Below the pieces are notes generated by a model. That model searched no databases. It was given only the letters and a program-made list of their open reading frames with translations, and was not told where the DNA came from. A DNA stretch of 64,000 nt from the human T2T-CHM13v2.0 reference genome, Homo sapiens. How positions within the stretch are numbered: the stretch's first letter is position 1; each line of letters opens with the position of its first letter. Position numbers and translations under genes: made by a program. Shown here piece after piece: positions 26,308-40,479 of the stretch. The stretch lies in the NCBI RefSeq assembly GCF_009914755.1, contig NC_060937.1. The stretch is one strand, 5' to 3'.

Positions 26308-28579
26308 TGATATTGTTTGGCTTTGTGTCTACACCCAAATCTCGAATTGTACTCCCATCATTCCTATGCGTTGTGGGGGGGATACGGTGGGAGATAATTG
26401 AATCATGGGGGCAGTTTCCCCCATACTGTTCTTGTGGTAATGAGTAAGTCTCATGAAATCTGATGTTTTTTTCAGGGGTTTCCACTTTTGCGTCTTCCTC
26501 ATTCTCTCTTATCCTGCTTCATTCCATGTAAGGTGTGATTTGTTCTTCCTTGGCTTCCACCATGATTGTGAGTCTTCTGTAAGTCAAATTAAACCTCTTT
26601 CTCTTGTAAATTTCCCAGTCTCAGGTATGTCTTTATCAGCAGCATGAAAATAGACTAATACAGAAAAGTGGTACTAGTGGGGTGCTGCTGAAAAGATACC
26701 TGAAAATGTGGAAGTGACTATGGAACTGGGTAACAGGCAGAGGTTGGAACAGTTTGGAGGGTTCAGAAGAAGACGGGAAAATGTGGGAAAGTTTGGAACT
26801 TCCTAGAGACTTGTTGAATGGCTTTGCCCAAAATGCTGATAGCAATATGGACAATAAGGTCCAGGCTGAGGTGATCTCAGATGGAGATGAGGAACTTGTT
26901 GGGAACCGGAGCAAAAGTGACTCTTGTTATGTTTTAGCAAAGAGACAGGCAGCATTTTTCCCCTGCCCTAAAGATTTGTGGAACTTTGAACTTGAGAGAT
27001 GATTTAGGGAATGTGGCCAAAGAAATTTCTAAGCAGCAAAGCATTCAAGAGGTGACTTGAGTGCTGTGACAAGTATTCAGTTTTAAAAGGGAAACAAAGA
27101 ATAAAAGTTTGAAAAATTTGCAGTTTGACAATGCGATAGAAAAAAAAAAATCCCATTTTCTGAGGAGAAATTCAAGCTGGGTGAAAAAAAATTGCATAAG
27201 GAACAAGGAGCCAAATGTTAATCCCCAAGACAATGGGGAAAATGTCTCCAGGGTATGTCAGAAGTCTTCATGGCAGCCCCTCTCATCAGAGGCCTGGAGG
27301 CCTAAGAGGAAAAAGTGGTTTTGTGGACCCAGCCCAGGGTCCCCGAGCTGTGTGCAGCCTAGGGAACTGGTGCCCTGTGTCCCAGCCGCTCCAGCAATGG
27401 CTGAAAGGGGCCAACATAAAGCTCTGGCTGTGGCTTCAGATGGTGCAAGCCCCAAGCTTTGGCACCTTTCATGTGGTGTTGAGCCTGCAGGTGCACAGAA
27501 GTCAAGAATTGAGGTTTGGGAACCTCTACTTAAATTTCAGAAGTTTGCTGCATTGGCGGTGCTCTCATAGAGAACCTCCGCTAGGGCAGTGCGGAAGGGA
27601 AATGTGGGGTTGGAGACCCCACAGAGAGTCCCTAATGGGGCACCACCTAGTGGAGCTGTGAGAAAAGGGCCACTGTCCTCCAGACCCCAGAATGGTAGAT
27701 CCACCAACAGCTTTCACCGTGCACCTGGAAAAGCTGCAGACACCAAACACCAGCCCATGAAAGCAGTCAGGAGGGAGGCTGTAGTCTGCAAAGTCATAAG
27801 GGCAGAGCTGCTCAAGACCATGGGAGCCCACCTTTTGCATCAGTGCAACCTGGATATGAGACATGGAGCCAAAGGAGATCATTTTGGAACTTTAAGTTTT
27901 AACTGCCTCACTGGATTTCAGACTTGCATGGGCCCCATAACCCCTTTGTTTTGGCCAATGTATCTCATTTGGAACAGTTGTATTTACCCAGTGTCTGTAG
28001 CCCTATTGTATCTAGGAAATAAATAGCTTGCTTTTGATTTTCCAGGCTCATAGGCCAAAGGGACTTGCCTTGTCTCAGATGAGACTTTGGACTGTGGACT
28101 TCTGAGGTAATGCTGAAATGAGTTAAGACTTTGGTGGACTGTTGGGAAGGCATGATTAGTTTTGTGATGTGAGGACATGAGATTTGGCAGGGGCCAGAAT
28201 TGGAATGATGCGATTTGGCTCTGTTTCCCCACCCAAATCTCATCTTGAATGGTACTCCCATCATTCTCATGTGTTGTGGTGGGGAGTTGGTGGGAGACAA
28301 TTGAATCATGGGGGCGGTTCCCCCATACTGTTCTCGTGGTAGTGAATAAGTCTCAAGAGATCTGATGGTTTTCTCAGGTGTTTTCACTTTTGCGCCTTCC
28401 TCATTCTCTCTTTGCCTGCTGTCACCCATGTAAGACGTGACTTGTTCTTCCTTGGCTTCCTCCATGATTGTGAGGCTTCCCCAGCCACTTGGAACTGGAA
28501 GTCAAATTAAACCTCTTTCTTTTGTAAATTTCCCAGTCTTGGTATGTTTTTATCAGCAGTGTGAAAATGGACTAATACA
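26308..28579 (+). mobile_element. Full-length THE1 (THE1A/B-like) MaLR: 5' LTR 26308-26662, internal 26663-28205, 3' LTR 28206-28579
   Basis: Both LTRs run tgat...actaataca. Internal ORF remnants (MEGSEEDGKMWESLELPRDLLNGFAQNADS). TSD atgtc/aggtc. Confidence 0.95.
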
Positions 28580-28591
28580 AGGTCCCTTCAA

Positions 28592-28830
28592 CTAATAATA
28601 GTCATATCTAACTTTCATTGTATATTATATGCCAGGCATTTAGCTCTGCCTCTGTACATTTTATCATATTCTATTTTATTATTTAAAACTTTTATGCCTT
28701 AGCTTCAACTGTGGCCCATTTACAGATGAAGTCATTGAGGGTTAGGCATGTTACCAAAACTGTTTGAATATCTCAGAGACAGCAGTTATTCCAGAACTCA
28801 AATCCTATTCTTATTGAACTTTAAATTCAT
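28592..28830 (-). mobile_element. MIR
   Basis: tatatgccaggca...cccatttacagatgaagtcattgaggg core. Confidence 0.65.
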
Positions 28831-29696
28831 TTCTTAAAACTGAATTTGTGCACATACTGTCTGTCATCTCCATAGCTGCTAGCTGATTTTGCTCCCATTT
28901 ATGTATTTATTTCTGTATATTTTTATTAACTGCTGGTCAACAGGCTAAGTGCACTGTTCACAAATGTAGCCATCAACTAAATATTCAATGCTCAAACATG
29001 CAGACATGTTAAATCATCACCTTATTTTTCTTCTGGAGACACAATAAAGTGACTCTAGTGAACCTAGCTCTCAGGAACTGCATGAAACTTATGGTCACTT
29101 ACACAACATGCAAATGGGGTAATAAAAATGTTTTCTTATTTCTTTGAACATGTACTAGTAATGCAACAATAATTTGGATATATTTATTCAAGTCTAGGAT
29201 CTTTCCTTGCTGCCTGAAGTGTTTTCATTGATGACAATATATTTTGAAAGGATGAAGGAAAGATGAAAAGTAGGACAGTAGCAAGGAAAGAAGGAGAAAT
29301 ATTTCTAAAGATTAAAAAATTATTTGAACATTATTAGATGAGAATCAACACTTTATATTGCTCAGTAAGCAATGTAATAATGATATTATGTATAATACAT
29401 ACTCATAAATATATAGTTTCTTAGGGAAAAATATTTATATTGTTAAATCTATAAAGCCTATTATTTTTAAATACTTTCTATACTGCTTGCTCAATATCTC
29501 TAAAAGGTCCTTGTTAACTCTACTACCTCTGCTAGTTTTTTGATTATTCTTATTATCTCTGTATCATAATTTGGTAGGATCTCTTTGTTACCATTGGTGA
29601 TTTTGATATCTTAGCTCTTGATCTGACAGGGTGACATATCTATGTATAGGTCTGAGAGGCACCTACTAGTCAATAGTCCAAATGGAGAACAGATTT

Positions 29697-29835
29697 TCTC
29701 TTTCTTTTCCTTCCTCCCTCCCTTTCTTCCTTCCTTCCTTCCTTCCACCTTGCCTTTCTATTTCTTTCTCTCTTTCTCTTTCTTTCTTTCTTTCTCTCCC
29801 TCCCTCCCTCTCTTTCTTTCTTTTTCTCTTTTTTC
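29697..29835. repeat. (TTTC/TTCC)n simple repeat
   Basis: Read directly. Confidence 0.9.
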
Positions 29836-29947
29836 ATGTTTTTATTTCTGAAGCCCATGTCACACTTGTTTTAGTTGAAGTGATCTACTAGGATTTGTTC
29901 ATTCTAAGCAGATTGTTTTAGGCTGAAGAAGTCCATAAGTAAAAAAG

Positions 29948-30080
29948 CTACCTGTACAACATTGTGCATATAGTTAACTGTGCTGTATTGCATATGTAAA
30001 AATGTGATAAGGGGGTGGATCTCAATTTGTGTTCTTATCACAATGAGAGAGAGAGAGAGAGAGTGAGAGAGAGAGAGAGA
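29948..30080 (+). mobile_element. L1MA/MB 3' end fragment followed by (GA)n
   Basis: ctgtacaacattgtgcatatagttaac...gtggatctc...gtgttcttatcaca, then gagaga run. Confidence 0.65.
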
Positions 30081-30161
30081 CTGAGAAGTTAGCCACTTGC
30101 CTGTTGGAGGTAACAGGGAAGGTGAGGTGGGGAAGCTGCAGCACATGTCCAGATCAGTTCT

Positions 30162-31847
<1,686 letters not shown>

Positions 31848-31879
31848 CAGATCAGTTCTAAGCTTATGGTTTAAACTGG

Positions 31880-32164
31880 GAGGAAGGTAATTAAATCATG
31901 GAGGTGGTTTCACCTATGCTGTTCTCATGATAGTGAATTAATTCTCATGAGATATGATAGTTTTGTAAGTGTTTGCAAGTTCTTTCTTTGTTTTCTCTCT
32001 CCTGCCACCTTCTGAAGAAGGTGCCTGCTTCCCCTTTTGCCATGATTGTAAGTTTCCTGAGGCCTTCTAGCCATGTGGAACTGTGAGTCAATTAAACCTC
32101 TTTTCATTATAAATTACCCAGTCTCATGCAGTTGTTTATAGCATTGTGAAAATGGACTAATACA
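31880..32164 (+). mobile_element. THE1C/D-like LTR, 5' truncated
   Basis: aattaaatcatggaggtgg...gccatgattgtaagtttcctgaggcc...aatggactaataca. Confidence 0.85.
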
Positions 32165-32743
32165 AACTCCTAACGCAGTGTCTTGCACATAGCAGACACT
32201 CAATAAATTTCTGCCAAATAAAAATATAGAATATAAGTTGTAAAGTTTTCCATTAAAATGTCTGTACTCAATCCTTACAAAGCTAAATGCAAAATTCTAG
32301 GCCCACAGCAACAATAGGGGCAAACTTTGAAAATCAATGCTAAAACTTGTAACTTACTCTTCTGCTTTAACATTTAAGTTGATTTGCTTTGCAGCCCTCT
32401 TTATGAATATCTAATGATGTTTCATATCTATGAGTTAATTGAATTGTGATCTCCAGTAGTAACTAAATGATGGTGATAAGATTAGTTATGCCTTTATTAA
32501 AATGGCCTTATACCATAGTCCTTGACCAATAAAATTGAGTTTAATTTATATCCCTAAAAAGGAAAGATATTCTTTTTATTTCCATAAATGTTTTTTAACA
32601 AGACACTTCAGTTAAATTCCAAATGTCAGCAAGGAGTAGCAAAGGCTCATAGCTATATACTTTACAAAATAAGGCACTGCCATTGTCTGTAGTTTTGTAT
32701 ATTTTACTGAAGAGCATTAGTACTTTCTTTGATTCTGCCTCAG

Positions 32744-32810
32744 TCGTCAAGTGGTATAATACTCACGAACAGCTAGAAAATAACAGGGTTTTGGTTAGTA
32801 AATAAAGAAG
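32744..32810 (+). other. Candidate 67-nt exon
   Basis: Acceptor tactttctttgattctgcctCAG and donor AAG|GTGAGT. Motif evidence only. Confidence 0.3.
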
Positions 32811-33476
32811 GTGAGTCTGCATAGAAGAAAGACCTAATACAGATTGTGTTTGAGTTGTGCTTGTGCATATTATAGACCTGTTTCAACTCATGTGCCAAAA
32901 ATGCATGTTATATTTAACTTTCGACCATATAAACACATAGACACACACACTCAATCTCTCTCTCCTTTCCTCAGTGTTTAAAACAATGCCTACCACATTT
33001 AAGTACCCCAAAATATTAACTGAATGTATAAATATTTGTTTACATATACAATGATTTGTTTAGAAGCAACTTTATGAAAAATCTTTTCTCATGCATTTTT
33101 AAGTGGGACAGAAATCTATGTATTTTTAAGTTATGACACTAAAAAACTCCTGTATGGTACAGAAATCAAATTACTATTTACTTAAATATTTATTTTGATT
33201 TATTTCAATAATTAAATTATGTCACCTTCTTCATAGAGTATAATTGCCTTTGTGCCAAACTTTTACAAATTAAAAATAAAAGAAATGCATAAATAAAAAT
33301 ATAACATTAATTTTACTTACATCTGATAAATAATTCTGGTTGCTATTCACAAAATAAACACACGTGGTTTGTTATTAACCTATTTTTTTAACAATCAGTT
33401 TTTAAAGTCTGAATTTATTGGTATTAATTTTACTAGGTTTTTTACAAAGGTCATTATCTCTTTTCCAAGCATTATC

Positions 33477-33545
33477 CTCTCTCTCTCTCTCTCCATATAT
33501 GTGTGTGTGTGTGTGTGTGTATGTCTCTCTATATATGTATATAAA
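33477..33545. repeat. Compound (TC)(TA)(TG) microsatellite
   Basis: Read directly. Confidence 0.85.
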
Positions 33546-34059
33546 TCTGTGCTAATTTTGTCTTTGCTAGCTAAGCAGCATATGTGATATTTAAAAGAAG
33601 GAAAGATAATTAAATAAAAGAAGCTCTCACTATTTAGTAATTTACATTTTAATTATTTTTAAAAAAATTAGATCTTGCTCTTTGTTTTGATTATAAATAG
33701 ATTACCAGGGTGCCTACACTGTACATTTTTAGTCACAGTTCACCAAATAGAAACTCATTATCTCTGCCCATATGATGTTTATGAGGTTAGCAAAATAATA
33801 CATGGTTTAACAATAGTTCATGATTCTCTTCAAAAGTTGATCTAATATTAAATGTTATCATCTTTAATAAGTATAGTATATCTACAAATCATATATGATA
33901 TAAACAAATTCCAAACATTAATTTTTGGTATCACATTATGAACTTATTGTTATAGGTATGCTATATTAAAATAAATATAAACAAACCTTTGATTATATTT
34001 ACTTTGATTATAAATTTACAAAAGATGATATAAGTAATGGAAGTTAGAATTGTGTGGAT

Positions 34060-34520
34060 TAAAAAAGGTTACAAATTCTTTTTTGATTCTTCCATCGTTT
34101 GGTAGATTTACTTCCCTTGAATCTGAACTGTCCCTGTGAATAACAGTAATCAATAAAACAAAGTGAAATAATGGTGGGTGATTTCTGAGTCTCAGTGTCA
34201 AGAGAACTTTCCAGTTTTAACTCTTGTTCTTTTGGTAATCTGAGACCATTATGCTATTATGAAGCACATAATGAAGACCCACATGGAGAATAAGGCCCAG
34301 TCATCCCCGCCCCACCCCCAAGATTCCAAACACATGAGTAAAACCATCTCAGGCATCTAGCTCCAGCCAACCAGCAAGCTGGCCACAGCCATAGGAATGA
34401 GCACAGACTAGGTCACCAGAGCATCATGCAGCCAATTCACAAAATGATGGGGAATACTCAATCGTTATCATTTAAGTCACTAGATTTTGAGGCTGTTTGT
34501 AAAACAGCAGTAGGCACTAT
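34060..34520 (+). mobile_element. MLT1G/H-like LTR
   Basis: cttcccttgaatctga...cccacatggag...cacatgagtaaaaccatc...tttaagtcactagattttgaggctgtttgtaaaacagcagtag. Confidence 0.65.
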
Positions 34521-34736
34521 TTATATATGTATGCATGCACGTATATAAACATATATGTATGATTTATATGTATCATATATAATTTTATATTATTTTGGAA
34601 GAAACAAAAAGGAAAAAGTGATTGGTTTCATAATCACTATTTTACACACATTTCTTTATTTGGAAAAAAAGTATTTTTTCCATAATATGGTAATTTGTCC
34701 TGTATCTGGCACATAAAGATATATTATCTCTTTTAT

Positions 34737-34832
34737 TAAGAAGTTAAGTCTCTTTAACCATTTTAACAGAGTACAGGATGCTGTTAAAATTCACTGTATA
34801 ATAAGAATATGAGTAACATAATTTATATGATT
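34737..34832 (+). repeat. Left arm of an approximately 96-bp inverted repeat
   Basis: Reverse complement of 36279-36378 with 3 substitutions and 3 small indels. Confidence 0.95.
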
Positions 34833-34995
34833 ATAAATTGAGATTATAAGGTAATGAGAAAAATCTAAAAGGAAGTAATAAAGAGAAAAAAACAACATTT
34901 GATAAACTGGAAGTGGAAAATGTTTCTATTATTACTCAATTAATATATTTTAGTTAGAAAATTTAATTCTTAAATTTTTTAAAGAATGTCAAATA

Positions 34996-35298
<303 letters not shown>

Positions 35299-36278
35299 TC
35301 AAATAATAATTAGGAAAAGATAATAACAGCACAGTTTCTTAATATGAGCATAATCAGCGTACAAGAAGTTTAAAGAATTAAAGTAGAGGGTAAAGAGTCA
35401 GTAATGTGAATCAATTTATAATTAAATGTTTCATCTATTTAAAGCTTCTCTGCTTAACTATGTATTCTTTAAAAGTTCTTTTTGAAATGTTTCTTCTTCT
35501 CAATATATTTTGCTTAGTTAAGTTTTCTGCTGTCAGGTTTTTTCACTTTATCACACCACTCTATGAACATAAAGATGTCTTTGATGTCAAGAAAAGCAAT
35601 ACTCATGTATTCATGTATGTTGAAACTGGCAGGTGACCCAGTAGTTTTTTAGATTTCTTTGTATTTCTAGGTGTTTAGTAATTATCTTGAAATTCCTTCT
35701 AATAAGATTAAGTATTCTCCTTATTGAGTTCTTATACAGAGCATAAAACTGAATCTATTCATAAGTCTAACAAAGGGATAAACCTTTTGACAGACTATAT
35801 TATTTCTGAAACACACATTCAATTATATATGTTGGAAGATATTGGTTACTTAAAAATTAAACTTTGAAACAAAAATATTTTTATTTGGAGAATGTAATAA
35901 ATGTTTGCTATAATGTATTTAAATGTATTCACATACTATTTATACAGAACAATATACATTATACTAGTTATAATAACTTTAAATAATTTTTTGAAGATTT
36001 TCACATTTTTGGTCACAAGTAATAGCATCCAATAGAGTTTGATTAACTAACACAAGAGAGAAATAATGTTCTGGTTATTTTGGTATTTTTTTCCATAGAA
36101 GTCCTAAAGAAGTGTTCTAACAAAAAATGTCAAATTTGGGAGCCAAGTATAGATCTTTAGGAATTTTGTATTTCATTTACTTTCAACAATAATATCAATA
36201 GAAATTATGACAACACTATGGCAAATGGAAAAGACGGTGATGAGTCTATCTGAATTCTCTCTTTCCATATCCTTAGGA

Positions 36279-36378
36279 AATCATATAAATTATCTGTTAC
36301 TTATATTCTTATTATACAATGAAATGTTAACAGCATCCTGTACTCTGTTAAAATGGTTAAAGAGACTTTAACTTCTTA
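36279..36378 (-). repeat. Right arm of the inverted repeat
   Basis: cagcatcctgtactctgttaaaatggttaaagagact is the exact reverse complement of agtctctttaaccattttaacagagtacaggatgctg in the left arm. Confidence 0.95.
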
Positions 36379-36566
36379 TTCTTACAAAAAATAGAAATAT
36401 TATCTTTTCAAATCTAAAAAAGTAATTATAAAATATTATTTCTGTGTAAATTATTAGTTGTAGTGAAAAGAAAAAGCAGGATTTTTGAGACAAGAAAATG
36501 GACAGAACAAGAAACAAACAAAAATCTGTTACAGGTCACATGATCTGACTTGTAACATGATCATAA

Positions 36567-37206
36567 TATTACCAGAAAGGAGTCGTGATTCAGACCCCAA
36601 GAGAGGGTTCTTGGATATCGCAAAAAAAAAAAAAAAAATTCAGGGTGAATCCATAGAGTAAATTGAAAGCAAGTTTATTAAGAAAGCAAAGGAATAAAGA
36701 ATAGCTACTCCATAGTTAGAGCAGCAGCATGGGCTGCTCCACTGATTATACTTACAGTTATTTCTTGATTATACACTAAAGAAGTGGTGGATTATTCATC
36801 AGTTTCCCAGGAAGGTGGTGGGCAATTTCCGGAACTGAGAGTTCCTCCCTTTTTTTTAGACATATAAAGTAACTTCCTGAGGTTGCCATGACATTTGTAA
36901 ATAGTCATGGTGCTGATGGGAGTGTCTTTTAGCATGCTAATGCATTATAGTTAGTGCATAATGAGCAATGGGGCAACTAGTAGTCACTTTCATCTCCATC
37001 TTGGTTTTGGTGAGTTTTGGCTGGCTTCTTTGCTGCAAGCTGCTTTATCAGCAAGGTCTTTGTGACCTCTTTCTTGTGCTGACCTCCTGTCTCATTCTGT
37101 TACAAAGAATGCCTCAACTATTGGGAATGCAGTCCAGCAAGTCTCAGCCTTATTTTACCCAGTCCCTATTCAAGATGGAGTTGCTCTGGTTCAAACACCT
37201 CTGACA
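36567..37206 (-). mobile_element. MER41B-like ERV1 solo LTR
   Basis: Ends attcaagatggagttgctctggttcaaacacctctgaca (antisense of the MER41 start). cagaccccaagagagggttcttggat present. 4-bp TSD ataa/atga. Confidence 0.9.
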
Positions 37207-37744
37207 ATGATATTACATATAACATCAGGGTAAAATGAAAGACATTAAACAACTTCCAGGCATACAAATAAACGATTGAAATAAAGATCTTTTCTGACTT
37301 TTATAAGGTCAATATATTCTAGAAAACAATGCAACAATACTGCAAATTTCTACGTGAGTTAATTTTTCAACCAAGAATACTACACTTCTAAAAACAACAA
37401 CAAAAAAAGTAATAAAATTATTCCCATGTATTAATTCAATATATATTTAGGTAATTTTCAGAGCATATGATTTAGTAAAACAAAAATATTAACCACAAAC
37501 AAGAAGGGATTGGAAGTCATGGGATCTGGGAGTCAACAGGCCCAGTAAGAATTAAGGATGATAGCACAGGGAAGTATTTGAATGTCTTGTGTGCACTTAT
37601 TTTTTTAAAAATCAGCTCAGATAGCAGCAGAAAGAAGGATAGTGTGTTTCGATCTCCGGGGGTGAAAGGCAGAAACGTGAAGCATTTCTGATCAATTTGA
37701 GCTTTGAGGAATACATTAGGAAAAATGAACATGAAAAAATTCCC

Positions 37745-38225
37745 CTAGAGGGTTTTTTAAGAATGTAAAATGGAATGTAGGCCCCATTCTATTTCTGACT
37801 ATCTTAATCAGCTCTGGCAGCTATAACAAAGTTTCATAAATTAGGTGTCTTACACAAAATAGAAATGCATTTCTCACAGTTCTGGAGGCTAACAGTCTGA
37901 GATCACTGTGCTAGCACTGTTAGGTTCTGCCCTGTTCCAGGTTCCCTACTGTTGACTAGGGTCCCTTTTATAGAGGCACTGGTGCCATTTATGAGGGGAG
38001 GGCCTTCATTACCAAATTACCTCCTGTAGATCCTACCTTCTAATATCATTACATTTGGAGTTAATATTTCAACATATAAATTTGGGGGTAAACAAAGATT
38101 CACCCCTTATCAATGACCCAATAAATCTTAGTGAAGGCCAGATAATTTGTATATTAAACAAATTCTAAGGCTATGCTGATGCTGCTTGTTGGTCTAGAGA
38201 CCCCACGTTGAAACACCATATTAGA
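37745..38225. mobile_element. MER5A-like relic split by an MLT1A0 insertion
   Basis: gccccattctatttctgac ... ataatttgtatattaaacaaattctaaggctatgctgatgctgc...ccacgttgaaacacca. Confidence 0.6.
37800..38112 (-). mobile_element. MLT1A0-like LTR (internally deleted)
   Basis: tttctcacagttctggaggct...ctaatatcattacatttgg...tttcaacatataaatttggggg; TSD ctgac/atgac. Confidence 0.8.
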
Positions 38226-38881
38226 TTTTTGGAACAACTGGAAATAAAAGAACTATAACTTTTACACTTATGCAAATAAAAAATAAGCATTAACTATAAA
38301 TAGTAAAATAATGCATAATAAAGTAATCATAGTAATGAATAATATTTATATAACCCATAGTGATCTTAAAATTCTATTAATTTAATTAAAATTTAGTATT
38401 TGGAGTTACGTGGTATAGAAAGTAAGGGAATTGCAATGTAACAGAACTAATTATTAGCAACTAAAAGACAAACTAGCTATATAAACTACTTAGCAAATAA
38501 AAAATAAAAATTTGCCAAAATTTTTATCCTGATAATAGGATAATGTTTGGGATTGGGAAAGTGTACAGGTCTATCTTTTGTCATAAAAAGGAAGTTAAAT
38601 CTTAAATGTTTAGTTCTGTACATTTATTACTATGGTTAAGTTTTTTAAAATATAGTCACTGAAATTTAAATAATATAATAATTTAAAGAAAAACTCTCTA
38701 AGCGAGCTAAGGGAGTAGTGTAGACACAACACAAAAGATAGGAATTGGAAGGTATAACTGAAAAATATACTAAAATGTATTATAAATTATAAATAGACCA
38801 ACAGTATGAAATAAAAAACATGATGGAGGAAAAATGACAATGCCAGTTGATATTTAAGACATTTCAGATGGATAAAATTGA

Positions 38882-39299
<418 letters not shown>

Positions 39300-39304
39300 C
39301 CAAT

Positions 39305-39350
39305 ATTACTTTTAATGGCAAAAACCGCAATTACTTTTGCACCAACCTAA
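39305..39350. mobile_element. Half MADE1 (Hsmar1-derived MITE): spacer plus one TIR
   Basis: attacttttaatggcaaaaaccgcaattacttttgcaccaacctaa matches the recalled MADE1 right half. Confidence 0.9.
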
Positions 39351-39479
39351 CAGAAGAGCGCAGTCTTCCCTCACTTGAGTTCCTGCAAGGTTCTTACCAG
39401 AGGTAGGTGTCTCTCAGAATTTTACTTGTCCTTTTAAAGATGATGCCCCGCCATGACTCAAGCTTATAATTCAGGGCTG

Positions 39480-40465
39480 AGAAGAGACCAAGCAAGGATG
39501 TACAGTCTCTGCTCAAAGAAGAAAGTCCTAGATACTAACTGAATTGTAAATTGTGCATAACACATACCAGTAGGAATCTAGGAAGAACTTTTGAGAGTGG
39601 ATCTTATAATCTTAAGGCTGTCTGACTAGACAGAAGAGTGCAGAATAGAAGGCTAGAGAAGCGAGAACTTCTTGACAGGGGAAAATGATCAATGAGTCAG
39701 CATTCAATATTCTGGCAAGAAAATCTGAGGCTGAAAGTTATTTATGCTGGAGTGGCTCTTTGATGCTTGGCCATGAGGACAGCATTTAGTAAAAGGAGAA
39801 GATGCTAGAACTTTCTTAAAATAGTATTAAGGAAGGGATCAAAGGCTCAGGGAGGTACTAATGTTAGAAAGAATTTATTTTGTACTGAAAGTTACCACTT
39901 GGCTCTGTTATCCGATCCTCATTAAGATAATAGAGAAGCCCTACAGGGGCTGTTTTGTAGGAAATGCTAAAATGGAAATTGGCTCTGAAATATCAGTGAG
40001 GATAATGGTTTTCAGAATGGCAGACCAGGTGACAGCACTTAACCATAAGAGGCTAAATGGATGTAATTACTGAAATTGTGGAAAAACTGAAGTGGCCATC
40101 AGAGTGGCTTGACCCAAAAGAATGTGTAACGATGGCCAATACTTTACAAAATTCATGGGATAAAGATTAATAACCGACAGGATATTACTGACACAATTTT
40201 TGAGGCTGGCTATCCGAAGACTGATGTCTGCTCCCGCAGTGGAAAATCACTGCCTCTCTCACGACTGTCTAACATTTATTAATTTACAGACACAGAATGC
40301 ACACAGAGCATGAGCTTTATCTCACCAAAGCTGGTCTAATTTTTGCCAGTGTGGAATTTTCCAGCTTGCCTGCCGCAAATGCCATCAAAATGACTCAGTT
40401 CCCCAAGATCTACTGGATGCCAGGTTGATTACATCAAACCTATCCCTTCCTTGAGGAGCAAGGAT
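39480..40465 (+). mobile_element. Degraded ERVL-class (HERV16/HERVL-like) internal: gag remnant, then integrase remnant
   Basis: gatgctagaactttct...gaagggatcaaaggctcagggagg resembles gag EMPELPW...EEGIKRLRE. caggttgattacatcaaacctatcccttcc = QVDYIKPIPS, similar to integrase QVDYIGPLPS. Confidence 0.65.
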
Positions 40466-40479
40466 AAATTGCTGTCAAA

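Noticed and set aside
26636-28465. Overlapping 80-166 aa ORFs
   Set aside because: Frameshifted THE1 internal ORF remnants and antisense LTR frames, not a host gene.
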